From: Malacoraja senta
Taxonomy: Eukaryota
NCBI GenBank assembly: GCA_038087875.1
Contig: CM075988.1
Span: 2,108,001 to 2,172,000 of the forward strand
Direction: 5' to 3'
Length of the DNA stretch: 64,000 bases
The notes under the pieces are model-generated. The model was not told the DNA's origin. It saw nothing but the letters and a program-made list of their open reading frames with translations, and made no database searches. The position numbers and the translations under genes were made by a program. Each line of letters begins with the position of its first letter. Within the stretch, counting starts at the first letter, position 1. This document shows positions 26,270-38,165 of this stretch, in pieces.

Positions 26270-26873
26270 CCAAGGTTCTGACTTGGATGAAGATGTAGAT
26301 ATGTTGGGTAATGAAGTTTGCAGATGACACAAACATTGGTGGAGTTGCACACAGGGTGGAAGATTGTCAGAGAATACAGTAGGATACAAATTTGTCACAG
26401 ATATGGATGGGGAAATCGCAGAGTTTAATCTGGACTAGTGGGAGGTGTTAAACTTTGGGAGGACAAATATTGGGGGGAAAGTATACAGTTACTAATAAGA
26501 CCCTTAACAACATTGATGTACAGAGAATTCTTACGGTCCAAGTCCATAGAGCACTGAAAGTAGTAACACGAATAGATAAGGCTAGCAAAGAAGGTGTATG
26601 GTATGCTTGTCTTCACCAGTTGAGGTATTGAGTATACATCTCTATAGGAACTGTTGCAAATCGATAGGACTTTGGTCAGGCTTCATTTTGAGTATTGTGT
26701 GCGGTTCCTCAACAACAGAAATGATGTGGAGTCCCTGGAGAGGGTGCAAAGGAGGTTTACCAGAATGCTGCCAGGATTAGAGGCCATTTGCTAAAAGGAG
26801 AAATTGGACATCTTAGATTGTTTTCTCTGGAGTCGGAAACTGAGGGGAGATCGGATAGTTTATAAAATTATGA
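26270..26873 (+). mobile_element. Old CR1 RT fragment
   Basis: KFADDTNIGG and LERVQRRFTRMLPGL-like remnants. Confidence 0.75.
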
Positions 26874-28691
26874 CTCATAACACTCAATGGAAGAGAAATG
26901 AAAATGCAATCAGCTGTTTGGCTTACCCTGTGCTTGAAACTGCAATAGCAATGGAACTGAAATGAAAATGCAATCAGCTGCTTGGCCTGCCCTGTGCTTG
27001 AAAATGCAATGGCAATGGAAGTGAAATGAAAATGCAATCAGCTGCTTGGCCTGTCCTGTGCGGGAAATTGCAATGGCAATGGACTGTGAAATGAAAATGC
27101 AATCAGCTGTTCGGCCTGCCCTGTGCTTGAAACCGCAATGGCATTGGAAGTGAAATTAAAATGCAATCAGCTGTTTGGCCTGCCCTGTGCTTGAAACCGC
27201 AATGGGTATGGAAGTGAAATGAAAATGCAATCAGCTGTTTGGCTTGCCCTGTGCTTGAAACTGTATTGGCAATGGAAGTGAAATGAAAATGCAAACAGCT
27301 TTTTGGCCTGCCCTGTGCTAGAAACTGCAATGGCAACGGATGTGAAATGAAAATGCAATCAGCAGTTTGGCCTGCCCTGTGCTTGAAACTGCAATGGCAA
27401 TGGATGTGAAATGAAAATCCAATCAGCTGTTTGACCTGCCCTGTGCTTGAAACTGCAATGGCAGTGGAAGTGAAATGAAAATGCAATGAGCTCTTTGGCC
27501 TGCCCTGAGCTTGAAACTGCAATGACAATGGAAGTGAAATGAAAATGCAATCAGCTGTTTGGCCTGCCCTGTGCTTCACACTGCAATGGCAATGGAAGTG
27601 AAATGAAAATGCAATGTGCTCTTTGGCATGCCCTGCGCTTGAAACTGCAATGGGAATGGAAGTGAAATGAAAATGCAATCAGCTGTTCGGCCTGCCCTGT
27701 GCTTGAAATTGCAATGGCAATGGAAGTGAAATGAAAATGCAATCAGCTGTTTGGCTTGCCCTGTGCATGAAACAGCAATAGCAATGGAATTGAAATGAAA
27801 ATGCAATCAGTTGCTTGGCCTGCCCTGAGCGTGAAACTGCAATGGCAATGGAAGTGAAATGAAAATGAAATCAGCTGTTCGGCCTGCCCTGTGCTTGAAA
27901 CCGCAATGGCATTGGAAGTGAAATTAAAATGCAATCAGCTGTTCAGGATGCCCTGTGCTTGAAACCGCAATGGGTATGGAAGTGAAATGAAAATGCAATC
28001 AGCTGTTTGGCCTTCCCTGTGCTTCAAATCGCAATGGCAATGGAAGTGAAATGAAAATGCAATCAGCTGTTTGGCCTGCCGTGTGCTGGAAACTGCAATA
28101 GCAATGGAAGTGAAATGAAAATGCAATCAGCTGTTTGGCTTGTCCTGTGCTTGAAACTGCAATGGCAATGGAAGTGAAATGAAAATGCAATCAGCTGTTT
28201 GGCCTGCCCTGTGCTTAAAACCGCAATGGCAATGGAAGTTAAATGAAAATACAATCAGCTGCTCGGCCTGCCCTGTGCTTGAAACTGCAATGGCAATGGA
28301 AGTGAAATGAAAATGCAATCAGCTGTTCGGCCTGCTATGTCCTTGAAACGGCAAAGGCAATGGAAGTGAAACGAAAATGCAATCAGCTGCTTGGCCTGCC
28401 CTGTGCTTGAAACTCCAATGGCAATGCAAGTGAAATGAAAAGTCGATCAGCTGTTTGGCCTGCCATGTGGTTGAAACTGCAATGGCGATGGAAGTGAAAT
28501 GAAAATGCATTCAGCTGTTTGGCCTGCCCTGTGCTAGAAACGGCAAGGGGAATGGAAGTGAAATTAAAATGCAACAGCTGTTTGGCCTGCCCTGTGCTAG
28601 AACCGCAAAGGCAATGAAAGTGAAATGAAAATGCAATCAGCTGGTTGGCCTTCCCCGTACTTGAAACTGCAATTGCAATGGCAATGGAAGT

Positions 28692-31600
28692 ACAAAAAGG
28701 ATGGGTTGCACTTGAACCTGAGGGGGACCGATATCCTGGCGGGGAGATCTGCAAAGGCTACTGGGGAGACTTTAAACTAGAATGGTTGGGGGGAGGGACT
28801 CAAATAGAGAATGCTATTAGACAGTGTGTGAGGCAGGAGGCAGAGAAGGAAAGCACTCAGACCCAACATGTAGGGGGGAAAGAAGAAAACAATAATAAAC
28901 AGAGAATAAGATGTGGTGGGGCTCTTAAATGGGTGAGCAGAGAAACAGAGGGGTGTAAAATGCAGGCGGAAGCAATAGGTAGCAAGGTGAAAAGTAAAAG
29001 TGGCAGGCAGACAAATCCAGTGCAAAAATCAAAAAGGGCCACTTTTCAACATAATTGTATAAGAGCGTGTAAAAACAAGCCTGAAGGCTTTGTGTCTCAA
29101 TGCAAGGAGCATTCGTAATAAGGTGGATGAGTTGAACGTGCAGATAGCAATTAATGATTATGATATAGTTGGGATCACGGAGACATGGCTCCAGGGTGAC
29201 CAAGGCTGGGAGCTGAACATCCAGGGATATTCAATATTCAGGAGGGATAGAGAGAAAGGAAAAGGAGGTGGGGTAGCGTTGCTGGTTAGAGAGGAGATTA
29301 ACGCAGTGGAAAGGAAGGACATTAGCTTGGAGGATGTGGAATCGGTATGAGTAGAGCTGCGAAACACTAAGGGGCAGAAAACGCTGGTGGGTGTTGTGTA
29401 CAGGCCACCTAGCAGTAATAGTGAAGTTGGGGATGGCATCAAACAGGAAATTTGAAATGCGTGCAACAAAGGCAAAACAGTTATAATGGGTGACTTCAAT
29501 CTACATATAGATTGGGTGAATCAAATTGGCAGGGGTGCTGAGGAAGAGGATTTCTTGGAATGTATGCAGGATAGTTATCTAAACCAACATGTAGAGGAAC
29601 CAACAAGAGAGCAGGCTATTCTAGACTGGGTATTGAGTAATGAGGAAGGGTTAGTTAGCAGTCTTGTTGTGCGTGCCCCCTTGGGCAAGAGTGACCATAA
29701 TATGGTTGAGTTCTTCATTAGGATGGAGAGTGACATGGTTACTTCAGAAACAACGGTTTTGAACTTAAAGAAAGGTAACTTTGAGGGTATGAGACGTGAA
29801 TTGGCCAAGATTGACTGGCAATTAGTTCTAAAAGGGTTGACGGTGGATATGCAATGGAAGGCATTTAAAGACTGCATGGATGAACTACAAAAATTGTTCA
29901 TCCCAGTTTGGCAAAAGAATAAATCAGGGAAGGTAGTGCATCCGTGGATAACAAGGGAAATCAGGGATAGTATCAAAGCAAAAGATGATGCGTACAAATT
30001 AGCCAGAAAAAGCAGCATACCAGAGGACTGGGAGAAATTCAGAGACCAACAGAGGAGGACAAAGGGCTTAATTAGGAAAGGGAAAATAGATTATGAAAGG
30101 AAACTGGCAGGGAACATAATAACTGACTGCAAAAGATTTTATAGATATGTGAAGAGAAAGAGATTAGTTAAAACAAATGTAGGTCCCTTGCAGTCAGAAA
30201 CAGGTGAATTGATCATGGGGAACAAGGATATGGCGGACCAATTGAATAACTACTTTGGTTCCGTCTTCACCAAGGAAGACATAAACAATCTTCCGGAAAT
30301 AGCAGGGGGCAAAGGAGATGGAGGAACTGAGTGAAATACAGGTTAGTCGGGAAGTGGTGTTGGGTAAATTGAATGGATTAAAGGCCGATAAATCACCAGG
30401 GCCAGATAGGCTGCATCCCAGAGTACTTAAGGAAGTAGCTCCAGAAATAGTGGATGCATTAGTGATAATTTTTCAAAACTCTTTAGATTCTGGAGTAGTT
30501 CCTGAGGATTGGAGGGTAGCAAACGTAACCCCACTTTTTAAGAAGGGAGGGAGAGAGAAAACGTGGAATTACAGACCAGTTAGTCTAACATCGGTAGTGG
30601 GGAAACTGCTAGTGTCACTTATTAAAGATGGGATAGCAGCACATTTGGAAAGTGGTGAAATCATTGGACAAAGTCAGCATGGATTTACGAAAGGTAAATC
30701 ATGTCTGACGAATCTTATAGAATTTTTCGAGGATGTAACTAGTAGAGTGGATAGGGGAGAACCAGTGGATGTGTTGTATCTGGACTTTCAGAAGGCTTTC
30801 GACAAGGTACCACATAAGAGATTAGTGTACAAACTTAAAGCACACGGTATTGGGGGTTCAGTATTGATGTGGATAGAGAACTGGCTGGCAAACAGGAAGC
30901 AAAGATTAGGAGTAAACGGGTCCTTTTCACAATGGCAGGCAGTGACTAGTGGGGTACCGCAAGGCTCAGTGCTGGGACCCCAGCTATTTACAATTTATAT
31001 TAATGAGCTGGATGAGGGAATTGAAGGCAACATCTCCAAGTTTGCGGATGACACTAAGCTGGGGGGCAGTGTTAGCTGTGAGGAGGATGCTAGGAGACTG
31101 CAAGGTGACTTGGATAGGCTGGGTGAGTGGGCAAATGTTTGGCAGATGCAGTATAATGTGGATAAATGTGAGGTTATCCACTTTGGTGGCAAAAACAGGA
31201 AAGCAGACTATTATCTAAATGGTGGCCGATTAGGAAATGGGGAGATGCAGCGAGACCTGGGTGTCATGGTACACCAGTCATTGAAAGTAGGCATGCAGGT
31301 GCAGCAGGCAGTGAAGAAAGCGAATGGTATGTTAGCTTTCATAGCAAAAGGATTTGAGTATAGGAGCAGGGAGGTTCTACTGCAGTTGTACAGGGTCTTG
31401 GTGAGACCACACCTGGAGTATTGCGTACAGTTTTGGTCTCCAAATCTGAGGAAGGACATTATAGCCATAGAGGGAGTGCAGAGAAGGTTCACCAGACTCA
31501 TTCCTGAAATGTCAGGACTTTCATACGAAGAAAGACTGGATAGACTTGGCTTATACTCACTAGAATTTAGGAGATTGAGAGGGGATCTTATAGAAACGTT

Positions 31601-31967
31601 CAAAATTCTTATGTGGTTGGACAGGTTAGATGCAGGAAGATTGTTCCCGATGTTGGGGAAGTCCAGGACAAGGGGTCACAGCTTAAGGATAAGGGGGAAA
31701 TCCTTTAAGACCGAGATGAGGAAAAACATTTTCACACAGAGAGTGGTGAATCTCTGGAACTCTCTGCCACAGAGGGTAGTTGAGGCCAGTTCATTGGCTA
31801 TATTTAAGAGGGAGTTAGATGTGGCCGTTGTGGCTAAGGGGATCAGGGGGTATGGAGAGAAGGCAGGTACGGGATACTGTTGGATGATCAACCATGATCA
31901 TATTGAATGGGGGTGCAGGCTCGAAGGGCCGAATGGCCTACTCCTGCACCTATTTTCTATGTATCTA
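28692..31967 (+). mobile_element. CR1 LINE: ORF1 C-terminus plus near-complete ORF2, inserted in the satellite
   Basis: (Y)KKDGLHLNLRGTDILA* (SGNH esterase-type DxxH motif) at 28691-28780; APE and RT ORFs; tail TTTTCTATGTATCTA; the satellite unit resumes after the insertion. Confidence 0.95.
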
Positions 31968-31970
31968 TGA
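29075..31970 (+). pseudogene. CR1 ORF2 (AP endonuclease plus reverse transcriptase), with two premature stops and one frameshift
   Basis: ORF segments 29090-29350, 29486-30334 and 30318-31970: CLNARSI, GITETWL, MGDFN, SDHN, KSPGPD, GVPQGSVLGP, FADDTK. Confidence 0.9.
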
Positions 31971-34900
31971 AATGCAAATGCATTCAGCTGTTTGATTTGT
32001 CCTATGCTTGAAACTGCAATGGCAATGAAAGTGAAATGAAAATGCAATCAGATGTTCGGCCTGCCATGTGCTTGAATCCGCAATGGCAATGGAAATGAAA
32101 TGAAAATGCAATCAGTTGTTCGGCCTGCCATGTGGTTGAAACCGCAATGGCAATGGAAGTGAAATGAAAATGCAAGCATCTGTTCGGCATGCCCTGTCCT
32201 TGCAACCGCAAAGGAAATGGAACTGAAATGAAAATGCAATCAGCTGCTTGGCCTGCCCTGTGCTTGAAACTGCAATGGCAATGGAAGTGAAATCAAAATG
32301 CAATCAGCTGTTTGGCCTGCCCTGTGCTTGAAACTGCAATGGCAATGGAAGTGAAATGAAAATGCAATCAGCTGTTTGGCCTGCCCTGTGCTTAAAACTG
32401 CAATGGCAATGGAAATTAAATGAAAATACAATCAGCTGCTCGGCCTGCCCTGTGCTTGAAACCGCAATGGCAATGGAAGTGAAATGAAAATGCAATCAGC
32501 TGTTCGGCCTGCTATGTCCTTGAAACGGCAAAGGCAATGGAACTGAAATGAAAATGCAATCAACTGCTTGGCCTGCGCTGTGCTTGAAACTGCAATGGCA
32601 ATGCAAGTGAAATGAAAAGTCGATCAGCTGTTTGGCCTGCCATGTGCTTGAACCGCAAAGGCAATGGAAGTGAAATAAAAATGCAATCAGCCGTGCGGCC
32701 TGCCCTGTGCTTGAAACCGCAAAGGCAATGTAAGTGAATTTCAAATTCAATCAGCTGTTTGGTCTGTCCTGTGCTTGAAACTGCAACGGCAATGGAAGTG
32801 AAATTAAAATGCAATCAGCTGTTTGGCCTGCCCTGTGCTTGAAACTGCAATGGCAATTGTAGTGAAATGTAAATGCAATCATCTGATTGACCGGCCATGT
32901 GCTTGAAATTGCAATGGCAATGGAATTGAAATGAAAATGTAATCAACTGTTCGGCCTGCCCTGTCCTTGAAACCCCAAAGGCAATGGAAGTGAAATGAAA
33001 ATGCAATCAGCTGTTTGGCCTGCCCTGTGCTTGAATCTGCAATGGCAATGGAAGTGAAATGTAAATGAAATCAGCTGTTTGGCCTGCCCTGTGCTTGAAA
33101 CTGCAATGGCAATGCAAGTGAAATGAAAATACAATCAGCTGTTTGGCCTGCCCTGTGTTTGAAACTGCAATGGTAATGGAAGTGAAATGAAAATGCAATC
33201 AGCTGGTTGGCCTTCCCCGTACTTGAAACTGCAATTGCAATGGCAATGGAAGTGAAATGCAAATGCATTCAGCTGTTTGATTTGTCCTATGCTTGAAATT
33301 GCAATGGCAATGAAAGTGAAATGAAAATGCAATCAGATGTTCGGCCTGCCATGTGCTTGAATCCGCAATGGCAATGGAAATGAAATGAAAATGCAATCAG
33401 TTGTTCGGCCTGCCGTGTGCTTGAAACCGCAATGGCAATGGAAGTCAAATGAAAATGCAAGCAGCTGTTCGGGATGCCCTGTCCTTGCAACTGCAAAGGC
33501 AATGGAAGTGAAATGAAATTGCAATCAGCTGCTTGGCCTGCCCTGTGCTTGATACTGCAATGGCAATGGAAGTGAAATCAAAATGCAATCAGCTGTTTAG
33601 CCTGCCCTGTGCATGAAACTGCAATGGCAATGGAAGATAAATGAAAAAGCAATCAGCTGTTTGGCCTGCCCTGTTCTTGAAAATGCAATGGCATATGGAA
33701 GTGAAATGAAAATGCAATCAGCTGTTTGGCCTGCCCTGTGCTTGAACCCGCAAAAGCAATGGAAGTGAAATGAAAATGCAATCAACCGTTCGGCCAGCCC
33801 TGTGATTGAAACAGCAATGTCAATGGAAGTGAAATGAAAATGCAATCAGCAGTTCGGCCTGCCCTGTGCTTGAAACCGCAATGGCAATGGAAGTTAAATG
33901 AAAATACAATCAGCTGCTCGGCCTACCCTGTGCTTGAAACCGCAATGGCAATGGAAGTGAAATGAAAATGCAATCAGCTGTTCTGCCTGCCCTGTGCTTG
34001 AAACTGCAATGGCAATGGAAGTGAAATGAAATTGCAATCAGCTGTTTGGCCTGCCCTGTGCTTGTAACTGCAATGGCAGTGGAAGTGAAATGAAAATGCA
34101 ATCAGCTGTTTGGCCTGCCCTGTGCTGGAAACTGCAATGGCAAAGGAAGTGAAATGAAAATGTAATCAGCTGTTTGGCCTGCCCTGTGCTTGAAACTGTA
34201 ATGGCAATGGAAGTGAAATGAAAAATGCAATCAGCTGTTCGGCCTGCACTGTCCTTCAAACCGCAATGGAAATGGAATTGAAATGTAAATGCAATCAGCT
34301 GTTCGGCCTGCCCTGTGCTTGAAACCGTAATGGCAATGTAAGTGAACTGAAACTGCAATTAGCTCTTCGGCCTGCCCTGTCCTTGAAAAAGTAAAGGCAA
34401 TGGAAGTGAAATGAAAATGCAATCTGCTGGTTGGCCTGCCCTGTACCAGAAAACGCAAAGGCAATACAAGTGAAATGAAAATGCAATCAGCCGTTCGACC
34501 TGCCCTGTGCTTGAAACTGCAATGGCAATGGAATTGAAATGAAAATGCAATCAACTGTTCGGCCTGCCCTGTCCTTGAAACCGCAAAGGCAATGGAAGTG
34601 AAATGAAAATGCAATCAGCTGTTTGGCCTGCCCTGTGCTTGAAACAGCAATGGCAATGGAAGTGAAATGAAAATGCAATCAGCTGTTTGGCTTGCCCTGT
34701 ACTAGAAAATGCAAACGCAATAGAAGTGAAATGAAAATGCAATCAGCCATTCGGCCTGCCTTGTGCTTGAAACTGCAATGGCAATGGAATTGAAATGAAA
34801 ATGCAATCAACTGTTCGGCCTGCCCTGTCCTTCAAACCGCAAAGGCTATCAGCTGTTTGGCCTGGCCTGTGCTTGAATCTGCAATGGCAATGGAAGTGAA

Positions 34901-35725
34901 ATGAAAATGCAATCAGCTGTTTGGCCTGCCCTGTGCTAGAAACTGCAAAAGCAATGGAAGTGAAATGAAATTGCAATCAGCTGTTTGGCCTGCCCTGTGC
35001 TTGAAACTGCAATGGCAATGGAAGTGAAATGAAAATGAAATCAGCTATTTGGGCTGCCCTGTGCTTGAAACTGCATTGGCAATGGAAGTGAAATGAAAAT
35101 GCAATCAGCTGTTTGGCCTGCCCTGTGTTTGAAACTGCAATGGTAATGGAAGTGAAATGAAAATGCAATCAGCTGTTTGGCCTGCCCTGTACTAGAAAAT
35201 GCAAACGCAATAGAAGTGAAATGAAAATGCAATCAGCCATTCGGCCTGCCTTGTGCTTGAAACTGCAATGGCAATGGAATTGAAATGAAAATGCAATCAA
35301 CTGTTCGGCCTGCCCTGTCCTTCAAACCGCAAAGGCTATCAGCTGTTTGGCCTGGCCTGTGCTTGAATCTGCAATGGCAATGGAAGTGAAATGAAAATGC
35401 AATCAGCTGTTTGGCCTGCCCTGTGCTAGAAACTGCAAAAGCAATGGAAGTGAAATGAAATTGCAATCAGCTGTTTGGCCTGCCCTGTGCTTGAAACCGC
35501 AATGGCTATGGAAGTGAAATGAAAATGCAATGAGCTGTTCGGCCTGCCCTGTGCTTGAAACCGCAATGGCAATGGAAATGAAATGAAAATGCAATGAGCT
35601 TTTCGGCCTGCCCTGTGCTTGAAACTGCAATGGAAATGGAAATGAAATGAAAATGCAATGATCTGTTTGGCCTGCCTTTAGCTTGAAATGGAAATGGAAA
35701 TGAAATGAATGAGTTGTTTGGCCTC

Positions 35726-36429
35726 CCTGAAATCACTAAGGCCCCTATTAGTCGAGAAACCAGTCCCTTTTGCCCAGGAGGAGCATTTTGGCCCAAAAGG
35801 CCCATGCCAGTGTAGGAAAAGTCCAGAAAAATTGCCTTGCACTGAGATTTCACTCCGATTTTTTTAAAGAGCTCCTTCGGCCCCTTCGCCCATCAGGCCT
35901 GTTCTAGCCCAGGAGGAGTCCCTTTGGCCCATCAGTAAGTTTCCCCCCCTGCAAGTATTAAACCTCACCACAGTATTTTTCTCCCTCCCTTCATTGGCTT
36001 CCTATGAGATCCAGGCCAGGATAGACTTTCCACCTTCATTGATGTGATCTGCAGAAAAAGATGAAAAATTTCTAAAATTGATTCTCCACCCTCTCCCCCT
36101 TCTCTCTCACAGAGAATCTCACCTGTTTTGGGCAGAATTTCTGGCAGCTTGTGAGCTGCCAACCCACCAAGCCTGAGTGACTGAGCAGCCAGCCCACCAG
36201 GCCTGAGTGACTGAGCTGCCAGCCCAAGAATCCATTCGGCCCACACTGTCCACACTAGCCCTCTGGAAACCAGTACCTTCGGCCCACAACACTAGCGCTC
36301 CAAAAAGCCCCCCCCTCCCCCCCCCCCCACTGGCCACCAATATTGGAATTGGCGGAGAGGTGGAATATTGCGTTGGGCGACCAACCCTCCCGTGTGAAAA
36401 TGGGACCCAACGGGTCCCACTTAGTCTAG
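35726..36429 (+). mobile_element. Right arm of a non-autonomous Helitron-like element
   Basis: GC-rich hairpin TGGGACCC-AAC-GGGTCCCA (36401-36419), then CTAG (36426-36429) followed by T; internal 30-bp triplet repeat at ~36140-36225. Confidence 0.75.
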
Positions 36430-37351
36430 TATATTATTAAAACTCTCATCTTGACCACTTCCTGTCTGCATTGTAATTAAATTTGCGCAAAAACGATCCC
36501 CCATAGTGCTAGGACTTCTCACCACATTACTCACCAAGTCATATAAGTTTTGTTCCAATCGGTGATATAGTACAAAAGTTATGAAGGTTTTCAAGGTTCC
36601 CCCTCCCCCACACCCCCTCCCCACAGCCCCCTCCCCCACAGCCCCCTCCCACACACACCTCTCCCCCACACACCCCTCCCCTACCCCCCTCCCCCACACC
36701 CCTCCCCCACACACCCTCTATCACCCCCTCTATCACCCCCCTCCACATCCCCCCTCCCCCACCCCCCTCCCCCATCACCTCCCCCACCTCCTCCCCCACC
36801 TCCTCCCCCACACCCCCCTCCCCCACACCCCTCCCCACACACACCCTCCCCCACACCCCCCTCCCCCACACACACCCTCCCACACACCCCTCCCCCACAC
36901 CACTCCCCCACATCCCCCCTCCGCCACACCCCCTCCACCACAGCCCCCCTCCCCCACCCCCTCCCCCACACCCCACACCCCCCTCCTCCACATCCCCTCT
37001 CCCCCACACCCCACCCCCACACACCCCTCTCACCCACACACCCCTCCCCCACACCCCCTCCCCCACACCCCCCTCCCCCACACACACCCTCCCCCACACC
37101 CTTCCCCACATCCCCCCTCCCCCACACCCACCTCCCCCACACCCCCCTCCCCCACATCCCTTCTCCCCCACACCCCACACCCCCCTCCCCCACATCCCCT
37201 ATCCCCCACACCCCACCCCCACCCTCCCTCCCCCACATCCCCCTCCCCCACACACCCCCTACCCCACAATATTGCGTTGGGGAATGGGTTGCTTTGCGGG
37301 GGGACCAGGCCTCCCGTGTGACTGTGTCCCAACGGGTCCCACTTAATCTTG
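36430..37351 (+). mobile_element. Second non-autonomous Helitron-like unit, head to tail with the first, with a C-rich internal array
   Basis: Starts TATATTATTAAAACTCTC directly after CTAG; ends with the same AATATTGCGTTGGG...CTCCCGTGTGA...CCCAACGGGTCCCACTTA motif and a degenerate CTTG|T. Confidence 0.7.
36598..37268. repeat. C-rich low-complexity minisatellite (CCCCCTCCCCCACA-like)
   Basis: ~670 bp almost devoid of G on the plus strand, with recurring C4-C6 runs. Confidence 0.9.
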
Positions 37352-37759
37352 TCCTTTATAATTGGGGAGATGGATTCTATGATGATAGTTTTGCTGCTCC
37401 TTGTTTCAGTTCTTGCATGTCTCAGCTTGAGTAAGTTAGAATGTACACACTCCCTATTTCGTAGCATCAAAACTCTTTGATGTACAGATTGCCCATGGCA
37501 GTCAACAAATTAGTGAACAACCAAAGCTTTTAGGCCGACTGATGAGTTTCTGATTAGTTTCATCAACACTCCAAACTATGTGCTGACAGCGTTTGGGGCA
37601 TGTTCCAGGATTATCGAGTTATATCTGGTCTCAAGAAAACACTGGCCCTGTTTGCCTTCATAGTGAGTGGTGTTGATGCATGGTGTATAACAATCGTGTG
37701 AAAACAGGTAACCCAAGCTGCAGTCTCAGCACCACGGAAATTGGAAATAGGTTAATGTC

Positions 37760-38165
37760 TTAATGTTTTTACAATATGGAAACAGGCCCTTCGGCCAAAC
37801 TTGTCCCAGGTACACTGGTCCCATTTGGCCCGCCTTTGGTCCATATCCCATCAAGCCTGTCCTATCCATGTACCTGTCTAACTGTTTCTTAAATTTTGGG
37901 ATAGTCACTGCCTCAACTACCTCCTCTGGCAGCTTGTTCCATACACCCACCACCCTTTTTTGTGAAAAAGTTATCCCTCACATTCCTATTAAATCTTTTC
38001 CCCTTCACCTTAAACCTATGTCCTCTGGCCTTCTATTTACTTGCTCTGGGCAAGAGACTGCATCTATCCGATCTATTCCTCTCATGACTTTATACACCTC
38101 AATAAAATCACTCCTCATCCTCTTGTGCTCCAAGGAATAGTGTGCCAGCCTACTCAACCTCTCAA
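37760..38165 (-). mobile_element. CR1 3' fragment
   Basis: IEVYKVMRGIDR and VWNKLPEEVVEA..FKKQLDRYMD. Confidence 0.8.

Larger units (their letters stand above)
26885..35725. repeat. 64-bp tandem satellite (roughly 28 + 58 monomers), split by a CR1 insertion
   Basis: Consensus GCAATCAGCTGTTTGGCCTGCCCTGTGCTTGAAACTGCAATGGCAATGGAAGTGAAATGAAAAT repeated head to tail with no spacers. Confidence 0.97.

Noticed and set aside
26885..35725. CRISPR array, or a family of 63-aa His/Phe/Cys-rich peptides (MHFHFTSIAIA...)
   Set aside because: Monomers abut with no unique spacers and there are no cas genes; the ORFs arise because three 64-bp units cycle through the reading frames
36539..37321. Gly-rich or Pro/His-rich structural protein ORFs
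   Set aside because: Open in several frames on both strands because of low complexity; no gene context
37530..37715. Host exon, C/D snoRNA or hammerhead (TTTTAG acceptor, CTGATGA, CAG|GTAACC donor)
   Set aside because: The frames I translated between these splice-like sites contain stops; CTGATGA has no helix II plus GAAA; the C-to-D box distance is too short
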